From Octopus sinensis (taxonomy: Eukaryota): a DNA stretch of 64,000 nt. The notes below the pieces were generated by a model. That model made no database searches, was not told the origin of the DNA, and saw only the letters and a program-made list of their open reading frames with translations. Shown one piece after another: positions 12,954 through 25,804 of the stretch (its first letter is position 1; each line of letters opens with the position of its first letter). Where the stretch lies: assembly GCF_006345805.1 (NCBI RefSeq), contig NC_042998.1:23560001-23624000 (forward strand), read 5' to 3'. A program made the translations under genes and the position numbers.

Positions 12954-13813
12954 TAGGGTGCAGTGAATGAACTGTTGTCTAAATTATGCAAAAATGAAAA
13001 TAACACTGACATCTCATTTTAACAGATATATTTACCAAAATTACATAAAAATATCTGGAAATACTTACAAGTAAGTTTATTCAATAAAATCGCCATTGGC
13101 TTCAACCACGGTCTCCTGATGACTTTGGGATTTCCTGCAACTCTTCTGGAAGGCCTCCTTGTTTAAGTTGGTGAATGCTGCCATAATCCATGCCTTCAAT
13201 TCATCTTTGTTTTGTTGGTCTCTCGCTCATCTGTGCCCCCACACATGATAATGAAGTGGGATGCAGCCTGGGGAATTAGGTGGCCAAATGTTAGGGGTGA
13301 CGTGGTTGCAGAAATTGTCTGACAGTCATAACTGGGTTCTCTTGCCTGTGTGGCATGGTGCAGAGTCCTGCTGTCAGACATAGGGTTTTTCAGCAGCCAC
13401 CCTCTTGACCCAAGGCAGCATTACCTCCTCCAGGCACTTGATGTAGGCCTCCATGTTGAGTGTGAGGCCATGCTGGAAGATGAATGGAGGCATAACGTCG
13501 ACATCACTAGTGACTACTATATACACCATGATGTTGATGGAAGTTTGATTTTTATCACTCTCAGTATATGTTTTCAGATTGACACCCAAACACTCTGAAA
13601 TGTTCATATTGGAGTTTCTAGCATGAATGCCAAGCAGTACAGCATGTCATTGCCAAATTTCTGGCAGAGTGAATTGCATCATGCTGCTGTTTTTCTCACA
13701 GATGGTGCCCAACTGACCCTACTATACTGTGTAGTCAACAAAATCAAAAACAAACAATGCGCATGCATGAAATTAAAAATATAAAATGGCAATAATTTAC
13801 CCATCGCACCTTG
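12954..13813 (-). mobile_element. Degenerate Tc1/mariner-superfamily element, probably maT (DD37D) type
   Basis: Degenerate TIRs (tagggtgcagtgaatgaactgttgtc / ggcaataatttacccatcgcaccttg|ta). Minus-strand residues MPPFIFQHGLTLNMEAYIKCLEEVMLPWVKRVAAEKPYV*QQDSAPCH...IWPPNSPG, with stops and frameshifts. Confidence 0.85.
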
Positions 13814-14636
13814 TATGTGTGTATGTGTCTGTTTGTCCCCCCACTACTGCTTGACAGCTGGTGTAGGTGTATTTACATCCATGCAACTTAACAGTTTGGC
13901 ATAAGGGACCAATAGAGCAAGTACCATACTTAAAACAAAAACAATTGCTGGGGTTTATTCCTTTGACTAAAAATTCTTCAGGGTGGTGCCCTAGTATGGC
14001 CATAACTGAAACAAGAAAAAAATTAAAAGACAAAGACTATCAATTCATTTTAATTGATTTTTCTGCCACGTCAACTATGGACGGCTCAGATGAAATGGAG
14101 TTAAATTATTTTAGCTTCAGGTCAGTCCTGATGAAACTGACCTATGGTTAAAGGTATTCCAGTTATGACCATCCTGTTTAGCTCCTGCACACAGTGGCTC
14201 TAATAGGTCTAGACTGTTCTGCATTAGTCAATGCGTTCATTTTTAAAACCATAAGTTGTGATTTGAGCGAGAGAGAGAGAGTTGGCTGCTATTTCTTGAA
14301 AGTCAAGTGGCTGTGTGGAAGTTCTCTGATTCAAGTTGAAATTGTGTTGGACTTCCACTCAAAGAATTCATGGTTTGTATCCTGTAACTGTATCCATGGT
14401 ATTTTTGTTGGTCCAGTCTGCCTGGCTGTAAGTAGGTACCATGAAGGGTGTAGTGCACTGTTTTAAACCATGGTGTCACTATATAAATAACAAGTGATGT
14501 TGTACAAAATTCTATGTTTTGGAAAGCCAAATAGCGGTTACCAATAAAATGGTGCCATGAAGTTAGAAATGGTCTTGAGCATTGCCATTATCATCATTAG
14601 CATCAGCAGATGCAGTACTACCATAATCAATATATA

Positions 14637-15040
14637 GGCGTAGGAGTGGCTGGGTGGTAAGTAGCTTGCTTACCAAGCACCTGGTTCCAGGTTCAGTCCC
14701 ACTGTGGGGCACCTTGGGCAAGTGTCTTCTACTATAACCTTGGGCCGACCAAAGCCTTGTGTGTGGATTTGTTAGACGGAAACTGAAAAGAAGCCCGTCG
14801 TATATATGTATATATATATATGTGTGTGTGTGTGTGTATTTGTGTGTTTGTGTTTGTCCCCCAACATCACTTGACAACCGATGCGGGTGTGTTTACATCC
14901 CTGTAACTTAGCAGTTCGGCAAAAGAGACTGATAGAATAAGTACTAGGATTACAAAGAATAAGTCCTGGGGTCAGTTTGCTCGACTAAAGGCAGTGCTCC
15001 AGCGTGGCCACAGTCAAATGACTGAAACAAGTAAAAGAAT
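14637..15040 (+). mobile_element. SINE family A, full-length copy
   Basis: Same head, body and tail as 2573-2960. Confidence 0.85.
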
Positions 15041-15234
15041 ATCATGAGAAAGTCTTTATGTGGTTGCTTGGCTTTCTCGAAATAGCAACCAAGTCTACCT
15101 CAAATCATGTTCTTCACTCTTGAGTAAGGAAGGCTACATGAGACATTGTAGCCCTAGACATTTAATAAGTTGAGATGGTCATGGGTGCAAAGTGCTTCAT
15201 CATAGATCACCTGTTCTATCAAAGCTGATTTGGA

Positions 15235-15464
15235 TTAACCCTTCTGATACCAACCTGGCTGAAACTGCTTCTGGTTCTGTAGTACAAATGTCTTGTTTTC
15301 ATAAGTTCTGAATTAAAATCTTCCACCAAACCTTAGTCACAATTTATATTCCTAACACTAGCTTAATGATAACTAAGTTATTTTACTAAATTCTTTGTTA
15401 TATATAAAATTAATTGAAAGAAACACAGAGAATCTCAACAGAAATATGGTAACAAAAGGGTTAA
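15235..15464 (+). mobile_element. TTAA MITE family 1 monomer
   Basis: ttaacccttctgataccaacc ... ggtaacaaaagggttaa; homologous to the 6.3, 20 and 23.7 kb copies. Confidence 0.8.
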
Positions 15465-15686
15465 GCAACAATAACAACAATTATTATATCATGATCAACA
15501 CAATAACAACTAACCTCCTCCTCCTCCTCCTCCTCATCATCATCATCATTTTAGTGTCTGTGTATCCGTGGTTACTATAGTTCCCTATTGATGTCCAGAA
15601 AGAACTATGGCCATAAAGTGCTTTGATGTGATCATGTATCCTGATTTACATGCGTGCACATGCACACATGCACACATGTATCCACA

Positions 15687-15743
<57 letters not shown>

Positions 15744-16126
15744 TTCACACAGCCATCTATACACACTCATACATACATACACATTCACATACACACATGC
15801 AAAGACACAGACACACACACACACATCCTTCATCATAATTTACCATTACTTTGATGTCTCACTTTTTCAGTTTTCGGCATGGATTGGCCAGATCTGCAAA
15901 TATAGAAAGCATTTCATACCCCTATAATTAGATATCTAGAGACATCATAGCCTATAATTAGATGCAAATTCCAAATCTGAGATTCGTTTGATCAGACTGC
16001 TAAATATCCAGGTCAGCTTTGGATATATTGTGAATAAAATTTCCATTTACACTTTACCCCCAAAGTATATAAATATAAATAAATATATATTTATATTTTA
16101 TATATGTTTATTTATATATGTATGTA

Positions 16127-16174
<48 letters not shown>

Positions 16175-16185
16175 ATATGTATATA

Positions 16186-16588
16186 CTCTTTTACTCTTTT
16201 ACTTGTTTCAGTCATTTGACTGCGGCCATGCTGGAGCACCACCTTTAGTCGAGCAACTCGACCCCAGGACTTATTCTTTGTAAGCCCAGTACTTATTCTA
16301 TCGGTCCCTTTTGCCGAACCGCTAAGTGACGGGGACATAAACACACCAGCATCGGTTGTCAAGCAATGCTAGAGGGACAAACACAGACACACAAACACAC
16401 ACGCACACACATATATATATACATATATACGACAGGCTTCTTTCAGTTTCCGTCTACCAAATCCACTCACAAGGCATTGGTCGGCCCGGGGCTATAGCAG
16501 AAGACACTTGCCCAAGATGCCACGCAGTGGGACTGAACCCCGGAACCATGTGGTTGGTAAACAAGCTACTTACCACACAGCCACTCCA
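16186..16588 (-). mobile_element. SINE family A, full-length copy
   Basis: Reverse complement of 2573-2960. Confidence 0.85.
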
Positions 16589-16595
16589 TATATAT

Positions 16596-17153
16596 ATCGA
16601 AATCGAATTGAACCAGCCAGGATCCCTGGTCTGGTGGTACGTAAAAAGCACTATCCGACTCGTGGCCAATGCCAGCGCCGCCTCCACTGGCTTCCGTGCC
16701 GGTGGCACGTAAAATACACCAATCCGACCGTACAACAGGCACCCATGCCAACCCCTTTTGCTTGCGAAGACATGTTGGGGCAAGCGAAATTGAAATCGAA
16801 TTGAACCAGCCAGGATCCCTGGTCTGGTGGTACGTAAAAAGCACTATCCGACTCGTGGCCGATGCCAGCGCCGCCTCGACTGGCTTCCGTGCCGGTGGCA
16901 CATAAAATACACCAATCCGACCGTGGCCGTTGCCAGCCTCGCCTGGCACCTGTGCAGGTGGCACGTAAAAAGCACCCACTACACTCACGGAGTGGTTGGC
17001 GTTAGGAAGGGCATCCAGCTGTAGAAACATTGCCAGATAAGACTGGAGCCTGGTGCAGCCTTCTGGCTTCCCAGATCCCCGGTCGAACCGTCCAACCCAT
17101 GCTAGCATGGAGAATGGACGTTAAACGATGATGATGATGATGATGATGATGAT
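16596..17153 (+). mobile_element. SINE family C ((GAT)n RTE-like tail; possibly Ceph-type) with internal 193-bp-period duplication
   Basis: ggcgttaggaagggcatccagctgtagaaa core and 3' gcatgga...gacgttaaacgatgatgat. Copies at about 1-135(-), 1028-1221(-), 9575-9780(-), 23235-23428(+), 28596-28985(-), 37020-37230(+), 37768-37906(-), 38985-39330(-), 43730-43895(-), 53830-54053(+) and 63670-64000(-). Confidence 0.8.
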
Positions 17154-17791
17154 GTATATGTATATATTTGATATATATATATATATTTATATTATATATA
17201 TGTGTGTGTGCAGACACACACATACACAGACACACATTTATATAACCATGTGTGTAACAGATGTGCAGCATCTTGGTAAAAAATGTTAATCCCCTTGTGA
17301 ATTTATAAAGGTCAGGTTTATATGAACAATAGACAATGCCCCATTTTTTTGTTGTTGAATAATGCTATGTGTCTTACATAACATCATTCTTTCTCATAAA
17401 ACGTTGCTATTGTTGTTGTTGTTGTTGTTGTTGTTGATTTTTATTGTTATCGTTTCACTCCAGATCAGACCCTGATTAAACAGATATGATCAGAAGCGTT
17501 TCTTTGCAGCTAGGACTGTCCCACCTTTTAACCCAGGCGTTCCTAACCATTTTTGTATCTATGGACCTGTTTGATTACTATTTTATTCCGGTGGACCCCA
17601 CTAGCCATTCGATGTTTAAAAACTAGTTTTATAGAAACTTCTTTCAAAATTCCTGTTTTTGTTTTTCACACATTAATTTGTGTAGGTTGAATTATGTAAA
17701 ATGCTAGAGACAGAAACTCAGCTGTTTCTTGCAAAACATACCAATACATACATCTAAAACAAAAATTTTTTTCGGGGCCCTTAAAATACTA

Positions 17792-18829
17792 CAGTGATCC
17801 CTTGTTTATTGCAGTAGATTAGTTCCAAGACTGGCCGCGATAACTGAATTTCCGCAAAGTAGGGACACTATATTTACAGTATTTATTTAACGTGCATTTG
17901 GACTTTTAAAACCCTCCCTGTACTGTTAACAACCCACCCATTACAGTAGTCTATTAATAACAAGGACAACTGTTAAGCAATAACACTTTAGATTTAAAAA
18001 AATAAAGATTGTTACTGTACTCAACACAAAAGAAGTTGAAGTAAAATTTGAATAATGATGGTGATGAATTTGCTGCACAGTAGAAATGATGATGGTGAAG
18101 CTGACGGCTGTGCCCTTTCCTGAGACACCTCTTCCACTTCTTCCGAAGGTGCAGCCGTAGTAGTAGCCACAAGAATTGGCTCTTTTTTGCGAGGCTGCAA
18201 AAACATTGTGAAATAATATTTATTGTTAATATTTTAATGGATTTAATGAAAAATTTTAGGTGTTTATATATATATTTGCCATATTCTGAATTCCTTACTT
18301 CCCTGGGCATGGATACATTGAAACTCTGACGTCTGGCAGCTAACTTGGCAGACACCCATAAAAATATTAACCATCTTACAAACAATAACTCTGAGCACCT
18401 TTTCAAACTCCACCTGTCTAACACCCATGGACATGTTTACAAAGTCAGAAAACAGCCCAGCTCCCATGACTTTTGGAAAAATTTTTTCACGCTAAGAGTT
18501 GCTGAAGCATGGAACAAACTGCCGGCATCAGTTGTTAGTTGTCGGAGCACTGCATCCTTCAAAACTTCCATGCTTCCTGAGATTCGCCAACACTACACCT
18601 GATTTTCTCCCCTCCATACACACGGAAGTATGTATCTGACTTATACACTGTTCACTTTCCAGACATTTGTACATTACTGCATATGCTTTATACGCACTTT
18701 TGACAAGTTGTGGTGTATACAATAATTTCATTATTATTATTATTATTATTATTATTTATATATATTTTTAAAAATCCGCAAAGTCGTGAATCTTTGATAG
18801 TTGAACCACAAAGTAACGAGAGATTATTG
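17792..18829. mobile_element. Tigger/pogo-like non-autonomous element nested in the hAT MITE
   Basis: ta|cagtgatcccttgtttattgc ... aagtaacgagagattattg|ta TIRs with TA TSD; repeated ccgcaaagt subterminal motifs. Confidence 0.7.
18278..18757 (+). mobile_element. 5'-truncated CR1/L2-clade LINE (ORF2 C-terminus, 3' UTR, (ATT)n tail)
   Basis: THGHVYKVRKQPSSHDFWKNFFTLRVAEAWNKLPASVVSCRSTASFKTSM matches the CR1 ORF2 C-terminal consensus; (att)n tail; flanked by atatatattt direct repeats. Confidence 0.85.
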
Positions 18830-18989
18830 TACTGTGGATCCTCAGTTTACTATTTTACTGCATGGACCCACAAAAATCTTGTATGAACCTTCAGGGATTA
18901 TGTAGACCCTGTTTGAGAACCAGTGTTTTAAATCTTTTGATAACAACCTACCTGAGACTGACCCTGGGTCTATGATACAAAATTCCTGT

Positions 18990-19215
18990 TTAACTCTTTA
19001 GCATTAAGATTACTCTGTCAAAAGTAAAGCTTATATATTCACATCATTTTGAATTAATCTTGCATTTTCTCATAGCTTCAAGATTTCAATGATTTAATTA
19101 TTTATTCAGAATTACATCGTAGGGCAGGTGTGAGAGGCCGGATCTGGCCAGTTTGGACATAAAACAGGTAGAGTATGTGAGCTAGATATGGCTGGTTCGA
19201 ATGCTAATGTGTTAA
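18990..19215 (+). mobile_element. TTAA MITE family 2
   Basis: ttaactctttagcatt ... aatgctaatgtgttaa; homologous to the 46210 and 49449 copies. Confidence 0.7.
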
Positions 19216-20064
19216 ATTGATCTAGATTAAAAGCTTCTGTCTAAATTTCATTTTAAAGTAGGTTCCAGTCACCAAGATAATGACTAAGTTAATTTAGTGA
19301 ATTCTTCATTATTTTCTAAATGAATTATAAGAAAGGTAATGTAATTTCAACAGAAATTTAGCCACAAAAGTTTTAATATTTCAGGAACTACTTTCCTATT
19401 AAAAACTGTAGGATATGATTTAAGGGAGATTTAGCTACTATTTCTAGTAAGTTGGGGGACCATGCAGAAACCCTCGATAGATTATGAGGCTCCCTATTTT
19501 ATTGACCGAGAAGTTTTTCATTTTTTGAGTTTACTCCTTTCTTTTCATTTTCCCTTTGCACAGCTTGCTTACCAACCACTTGGTTCTAGGTTCAGTTCCA
19601 CTGCATGGCACCTTGGGCAAGCGTCTTCTGCTATATAACCTTGGGCCGACCAAAGCCTTGTGTGTGGATTTGGTAGATGGAAACTGAAAGAAGCCCTTTG
19701 TACATATATGTGTGTGTGTTTGCGTGTCTGTATTTCTTCCCCACCCCCACCCATCACTTGACAAACGATGTTGGTGTTTACCTCCCCGTAACTTAATGGT
19801 TCGGCAAAAGAGACTGATAAAATAAGTACTAGGCTTACAAATTTGTTCGACTAAAGGTAGTGCTCCAGCATGGCTGCAGTCAAATGACTGAAACAAATAA
19901 AAAGAATATAAGAATAAAACAATTTACATATATTTTTTACATTTGTTTTTGTTGATGTTTTATCCTTCCTTTTGTTTTCTAATTTTATAACGAAGAACCT
20001 CTTGAGAAAGAGTTGCCAAACTGCTCTCAAAGCACATTCTAATATTCTAATAAACAAAAACACA

Positions 20065-20536
20065 TTAACCCTTTTGATACCAACCCCGCTGAAATCAGCT
20101 CTGGCTCTAAGTAAAAGTTTTTTGTTTTCATAAGTTTTGAATTAAAATCTCCTATCAAGCATTAGTCGCAATTTATGTTCTTAGCACTAGCTTAATGGTA
20201 ACTAAGTTATTTTACTAAATTCTTTGTTATATTTAAAATTAATTGAAAGAAACACAGAGCATCTCGACAGGAATATGGTACGAAAAGGGTTAATACATGA
20301 TTAATTTAACCCTTTTGATACCAACCTGCCTGAAACCATCTCTGGCTCTGTAGTACAAATGTCTTGTTTTCATAAGTTCTGAATTAAAATCTTCTACCAA
20401 ACCTTAGTCACAATTTATGTTCCTAACACTAGCTTAATGGTAACTAAGTTATTTTACTAAATTCTTGGTTATATTTAAAATTAATTGAAAGAAACACAGA
20501 GCACCTCAAAATAAATACAGTTAATGAAAGGGTTAA
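20065..20536 (+). mobile_element. Dimer of TTAA MITE family 1
   Basis: Units 20065-20293 and 20306-20536 with linker tacatgattaat. Confidence 0.8.
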
Positions 20537-20801
20537 ATTATGTAGTTCTAGATACACTTCAAAAAGTTTGGTGAGATGGTCATGGTCAGAGCTCCTTTGA
20601 TCATATCTGTTCTGTCAGGGCTGACCTTAGGTTAAGCAAAAACTCATCAACATTTTACTATATTTTTGTTATTTTAGTTTTTCCTTCTTTTATTAAGTAC
20701 CTATTACATTGTATCTGTCTTAGCATTTATATTTTGTATCAGTTTCTTTTCTTTGTATTTATGTGTATTGGTTTCCACTCAGGCAAACTTTTATCAGAAT
20801 C

Positions 20802-20872
<71 letters not shown>

Positions 20873-21345
20873 TGGTGGTGGTGGTGAATTCCAGAGAGCA
20901 AGATGAAGATAAATGATACATACCTTAGACAAACAATTCAATCTTTTCTTGAAACTCAACTCTTCTTGATTTGAGCTGTTTGCATTACCATTCTTCAGAT
21001 CTAAAAGCCATTATTTTTGTATATGAATTTGTTGGTACAAAAATCTATAGTTTTCTCATGCTGTGATTAATCTTTCATCTAACAAATTGGAAATACGATA
21101 ATTCGTGCATGCAATATCTGATGTCTCACAGGGAGTAATGCATTGGGAACAAATCTATTCTGTGTAAGAAATGTTCTTAATATTATATGGCTTTTAGTTA
21201 AGGTTTGTTTAGTTTCCATTTGTTCTCTAACAACTCTATTTAGAGTTCACATTAAATTACTTTACATCAGTTACAGCAAGAAAAACAACCTAAATATACA
21301 TTTTCATTAATTTCTGTTTGGAGATACTGTATTTTTATTGAAAAA

Positions 21346-21719
21346 CTAGAAATATTACCCGGCGTTGCTCGGGTTTGTTTCGACCCTTTAGAATTGGAAT
21401 TTTTGAAAAGTAAAAATTTTGCATTATGTAGCTTTTTTTTTTTGGTTGAAATACACTGAAAAATGATGACACACCAGTCAAAAAATCATAAAAAATATGG
21501 ATTTTCATAGAAAAAAAAGCACCTTTTTGATGTAAATAATTTTTGGTGTTAGCATGGTCTGATTTGAATCTTTTCTTCTATGGAAGGAAGAGCAAGCCTT
21601 CTTCTATCATACTCTCAATTTTGGTCAACTTGCGCTGCAGAGTCTCGGAGGAAATAGTGTTAGTTGAAGGCTACCAAACCTGCCATACACAGACAACTTC
21701 AGCTTTATATATATAGAGA
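21346..21719 (-). mobile_element. Non-autonomous Helitron-like element
   Basis: Reverse complement: a|TCtctatatatataaag ... cccgagcaacgccggg hairpin, taatattt, CTAG|t. Confidence 0.8.
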
Positions 21720-23665
21720 TTTCTATTTACCAGTGGATTCATTTTTGCATTAGGTTTGCAAAATTCTTGATGTGAATTCATGTGTTGAAACAAATCTTGT
21801 TGTCTTAGGAGGATTGTTACACCAATAATAATAAACACATGCACTGGTTCACTATCACTTCTTTATTGTTATTCAGTTGGTTAAATATCTAACCAACTAA
21901 CTAATTGATTGTTTGTTTAACGTGTTGGTTAAAAAAATCAATTAGATGTTTGTTAGTCAAAGTTCTTTTGTTGTTATTTACATACTCTTCAATATCTTGC
22001 CCTTTCTCTTCAAGGTCTCCCCTGGGGTTGTCTGACTGACCCAGTAGATTTAATTCTCAACAATGGGTGTCCTTGAACTTTCAGCCTTCCTAGTGTTGCA
22101 GCATTTGTTCCCCTGTCTTTCCAGCTTATTCTACTCAATCTACGAGAGATCTACGTTTCAAAGGCTTCTGTCTTTCTCACCATAGCTTTGTATAATGCCC
22201 AAGTTTCTGCCATGCAGAGGATAATTAAGATTAATCAGTTGAATTAGAAAGTGTAATTTAATAGAATAGAGGACAAATTAGAAAGTATAATTACATTTAA
22301 AAAAAAATGTTCTAGTTCTAATTATTTCATACATCCTCCTCCTCCTCCTCCTCATCATCATCATCATCATCATCATCGTCATCATCATCGTCATCATCAT
22401 CATCATCATCATCATCGTTTAACGTCTGCTTTCCATGCTAGCATGGGTTGGACAAAATGCCGAGTCCTTCATAATTTTGTAGCAGCTCAAGAAAAACTTT
22501 GTACACATTTAATCATCCTTGGAAATTTAAAACCAACTGTTTTCTTTTTAAAATTGTGTACATGCATGTTTTGTTAGGCTGCTACTTCCAGTGTATGTAC
22601 TAGAAAAAAGTAGAGGTGCAAAAATAAAATTTCCCAATTCAATAATTTGTTTAATATGAATGATAGACTGCAATCTTAAAAGTGAATATATGTGTCACAT
22701 CATCACCATTCAAACATAAAAGGCCTCATTGCCATAGTGTTTATATAATGGAAATTTTGATTACAACAACTTGAACTTGTTTCATTCTAAGTTTTTTACC
22801 TGTTTCTATTTTTCTGTGGTACAATTTAGTGTACAAACTTAGTGATTTTTCATCAGTACATTGAAGGCTGTATTTTGCTGATGAATTCATTATAGTGTAG
22901 AAACATACTTAGAGTTGTCTTACCTAGTTGCTGAAATGATCAAAATAATATTTACCATTGACTAAGATTGTTTCCCATTTGATTAATGCATTGAATATGT
23001 TGATTTCTAATAATTGCATTAAGCGCAATTTTTTAGGGCATTGGTTCTTTTATTTTATTGATGCTAGAAGGATGAAAAGCAAATTGAACCAAGGTAGGGT
23101 TTTAACTTAGAACATAAATTCCTGAAACTATATACCACAAGATATTTTATTCAATATTATAATGACTCTGCTAAGCTAACACCTTTATTTTATATATATA
23201 TATTACTAATAATAATAAACATGTTTTATGACCACCTAACTGGCCCTTATGCCGGTGGCACGTAAAAGCACCTACTACACTCTTGGAGTGGTTGGCGTTA
23301 GGAAGGGCATCCAGCTGTAGAAATTCTGCCGGATCAGATTGGAGTCTGGTTTGCCAGACCTCAGTCAAATCGTCCAACCCATGCTAGCATAGAAAGTGGA
23401 CGTTAAACAATGATGATGATGATGATGTTCACTTCGGCATTAAATAAACACATATATTTTCTAATTTTGGCTCAAGGCCAGCAATTTTGAAGGGAACAGG
23501 TAAAGTCAAGTACTTGACTGGTAATTAGTTCATTGACTTCAAAAGAATAAAAAGCAAAGTCACCCTGGGTAGAATTTAAATTCAGAATCTAATGAACCAC
23601 AAGAAATACTGCAAAGTATTTTTTCCAAAGCTTTTACAATTTTGTCAATTCACCACATTTCTACA

Positions 23666-24105
23666 TTAACTGTTTTGATACCAATCTACCTGAAAATGCC
23701 TCTGGCTCTGTAGTTCAAATGCCTTGTTTTCAAGAGTTTTCAAAATCTGCCACTAAACCTTAGCCTCAATTTATGTTCCTAACACCAGCCTAATGTTATT
23801 TTACTAAATTCTTTGCTATATTTAAAATTAATTGAAAGAAACACAGAGCATCTCCACAGAAATATGGTAACTAAAGGGTAAACAAATGATTAATTTAGTC
23901 CTTTTGATACCAACCTGCCTGAAACTGTCTCTGGCTTTGTTTTTAAAAATTTTGAATTAAAATCTTCCACCAAATCTTAATTGCAATTTATGTTCCTAAC
24001 ACTAGCTTAAAAATAACTAAGTTATTTTACTAAATTCTTTGTCATATTTAGAAACACAGCATCTCAACAGAAATATGGTAACAAATGGGTTAACAAATGA
24101 TTAAT
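23666..24105 (+). mobile_element. Dimer or array of TTAA MITE family 1 just upstream of exon A
   Basis: Units about 23666-23882 and 23895-24093, each followed by linker caaatgattaat. Confidence 0.75.
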
Positions 24106-24178
24106 TTGAGTATATTAAAACTACGTCAACCAATTTAAACTAAAATCAAATTTTTTTTTTGTTATCTTTATTTTCCAG

Positions 24179-24445
24179 GTACTTTTGAATTGTCAAGCGA
24201 GGCTGAAGAAGAGAACTATGAAGTCATCAACATCAGTAAAATAAAAGCTCATACTCCCAACTTACGAATCATCAACATGTATGGCATCGGATTTGTAGAT
24301 GATAGCCATGTGGAAATGCTGGCTTCCAACTCCATTCATCTTGAAGTTTTAGCCTTAAACTTCTGCTTGCGTGTCAAAGGTTCATCTTTCAGTATGCTCA
24401 TACAAAAGTGCAAGAAGCTGAAATCTTTGCTGCTTCAACATACTG
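24179..24445 (+). CDS. Internal coding exon A of an LRR protein (F-box/LRR, FBXL/AMN1-like)
   Basis: Polypyrimidine tract plus ttttccAG acceptor (24177-78) and G|GTAAG donor (24446). Open frame (G)TFELSSEAEEENYEVINISKIKAHTPNLRIINMYGIGFVDDSHVEMLASNSIHLEVLALNFCLRVKGSSFSMLIQKCKKLKSLLLQHT(G) has cysteine-containing LRR units (LxxLxLxxCxxV). Phase 1 at both ends. Confidence 0.9.
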
Positions 24446-24808
24446 GTAAGAATATTTTGATATTTGAATATTTTAATACTTTTGATGCGATTAAATATTT
24501 TTTCTTTGCTTTATTATCTGGCTTTATTTATTTTATGTATATTGTTTATGTGTGGAGGCACGTGGCTTAGTGGTTAGGGTGTCAGCATCATGATCATAAG
24601 ACTGTGGTTTCGATTCCTGGACTGGGCAACGTGTTGTGTTCTTGAGCAAAATACTTCATTTCATGTTACTCCATTCCACATAGCTGGCAAAAATGAGTAA
24701 CGCTGTGATGGACTGGTGTCCTGTTCAGCTGGGGAACACATATGCCATAGAAACTGGGAAACCAGGCCCGTGAGCCTGGCTAGGCTTTAAAAGGGCACAT
24801 GTACTTTT

Positions 24809-25110
24809 GTGGAGGTGCAATGGCCCAGTGGTTAGGGCAATGGACTCGCTGTTGGAGGATTGTGGTTTCGATTCCCAGACCGGGTGTTGTGTGTGTTTAT
24901 TGATTGAAAACACCTAAAAGCTCCATGAAGCTGCAGCAGGGGATGGTGGCGACCCCTGTTGTACTCTTTCGCCACAACTTTCTCTCACTCTCTCTTCCTG
25001 TTTCTTGAGTAATGCTGCAATGGACTAGTGTCCTATCCAGTTGGGGGAACACATACGCCATAGAAACTGGGAAACTGGGCCCATGAGCCTGGCTAGGCTT
25101 GAAAAGGGCA
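24809..25110 (+). mobile_element. SINE family D (tRNA-derived head, OR-like)
   Basis: A box tggcccagtggttag and B box ggtttcgattccc. Related heads at about 4515-4815(-), 24553-24797(+), 29310-29611(-), 32316-32607(-), 39940-40225(+), 42365-42680(+), 48720-49000(+), 49870-49990(+), 56001-56365(+) and 62207-62495(+). Confidence 0.8.
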
Positions 25111-25804
25111 AAGAAAATAGAGTTTATGTAACCATGAGGTTTATATAACCAGGAGGTTTCCATAAATTCAATAGCAATTCTCTTAGCAAGAAGCATGAAA
25201 TCTTAGCTTCAATTTGAAAGATAAAAAAAAAAATGCCTATCTTGTGATATATAAAATAATAACGAGCTTATTGTATACAATGCTCAGGTGCAGTACAGCT
25301 CATCAGGAAAGGGTGAAATAGGGATGGGGTGGGAGGGAAGGTGGCAGAAAGCAGTGATTAGTCGAGTAAAGAAAGACAGCAATGAGAATTCATATTGCAC
25401 AGAATAAAACTAAAAAAGCAAACGAAAAAAAACCCAGAAAAGTAAATAGGGCAGGAGTGGCTGTGTGGTAAGTAACTTGCTTACCAACCACATGGTTCCA
25501 GGGTCAGTCCCACTGGGTGACCCCTTGGGCAAGTGTCTTCTACTATGGGCTCGGGCCAACCAAAGCCTTGTGAGTGGATTTGGTAGATGGAAGCTGAAAG
25601 AAGCTCGTCATATATATATATATATGTGAATGGGTTGAGGTTTTATAGTGAAGTGAACTTTCATTGTTTGAGGGATGTGATAGAGAAACATTCATGAGAA
25701 GAATACTAAACTCACGAAGATTTTATGAATTCTTACACCAAAACACACATCTAATAGTGTTTTAAGATATCGTGGAGAGTGCAACAACAAAAAAAAAACA
25801 TGTC

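Larger units (their letters stand above)
17534..18925. mobile_element. hAT-like MITE (outer element of a triple nest)
   Basis: Termini caggcgttcctaacc / gtttgagaaccagtg; imperfect 8-bp TSD ttttaacc / ttttaaat; repeated ggaccc subterminal motifs. Confidence 0.6.

Noticed and set aside
16356-17271. Cluster of overlapping 100-180-aa ORFs
   Set aside because: They lie entirely within GC-richer SINE copies; the same peptides recur at each SINE copy.
20920-21160. Minus-strand exon ending AAG|GTATGT
   Set aside because: Stops interrupt the frames from the candidate acceptor; no recognisable domain.
22875-22915. ctgatga...gaaacata hammerhead-like string
   Set aside because: Stems I and II do not pair convincingly; expected by chance in AT-rich DNA.
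24553-24630. tRNA genes at A/B-box motifs (also 24809, 48720, 56001, 62207)
   Set aside because: No complete cloverleaf or terminator; each continues into a SINE body.
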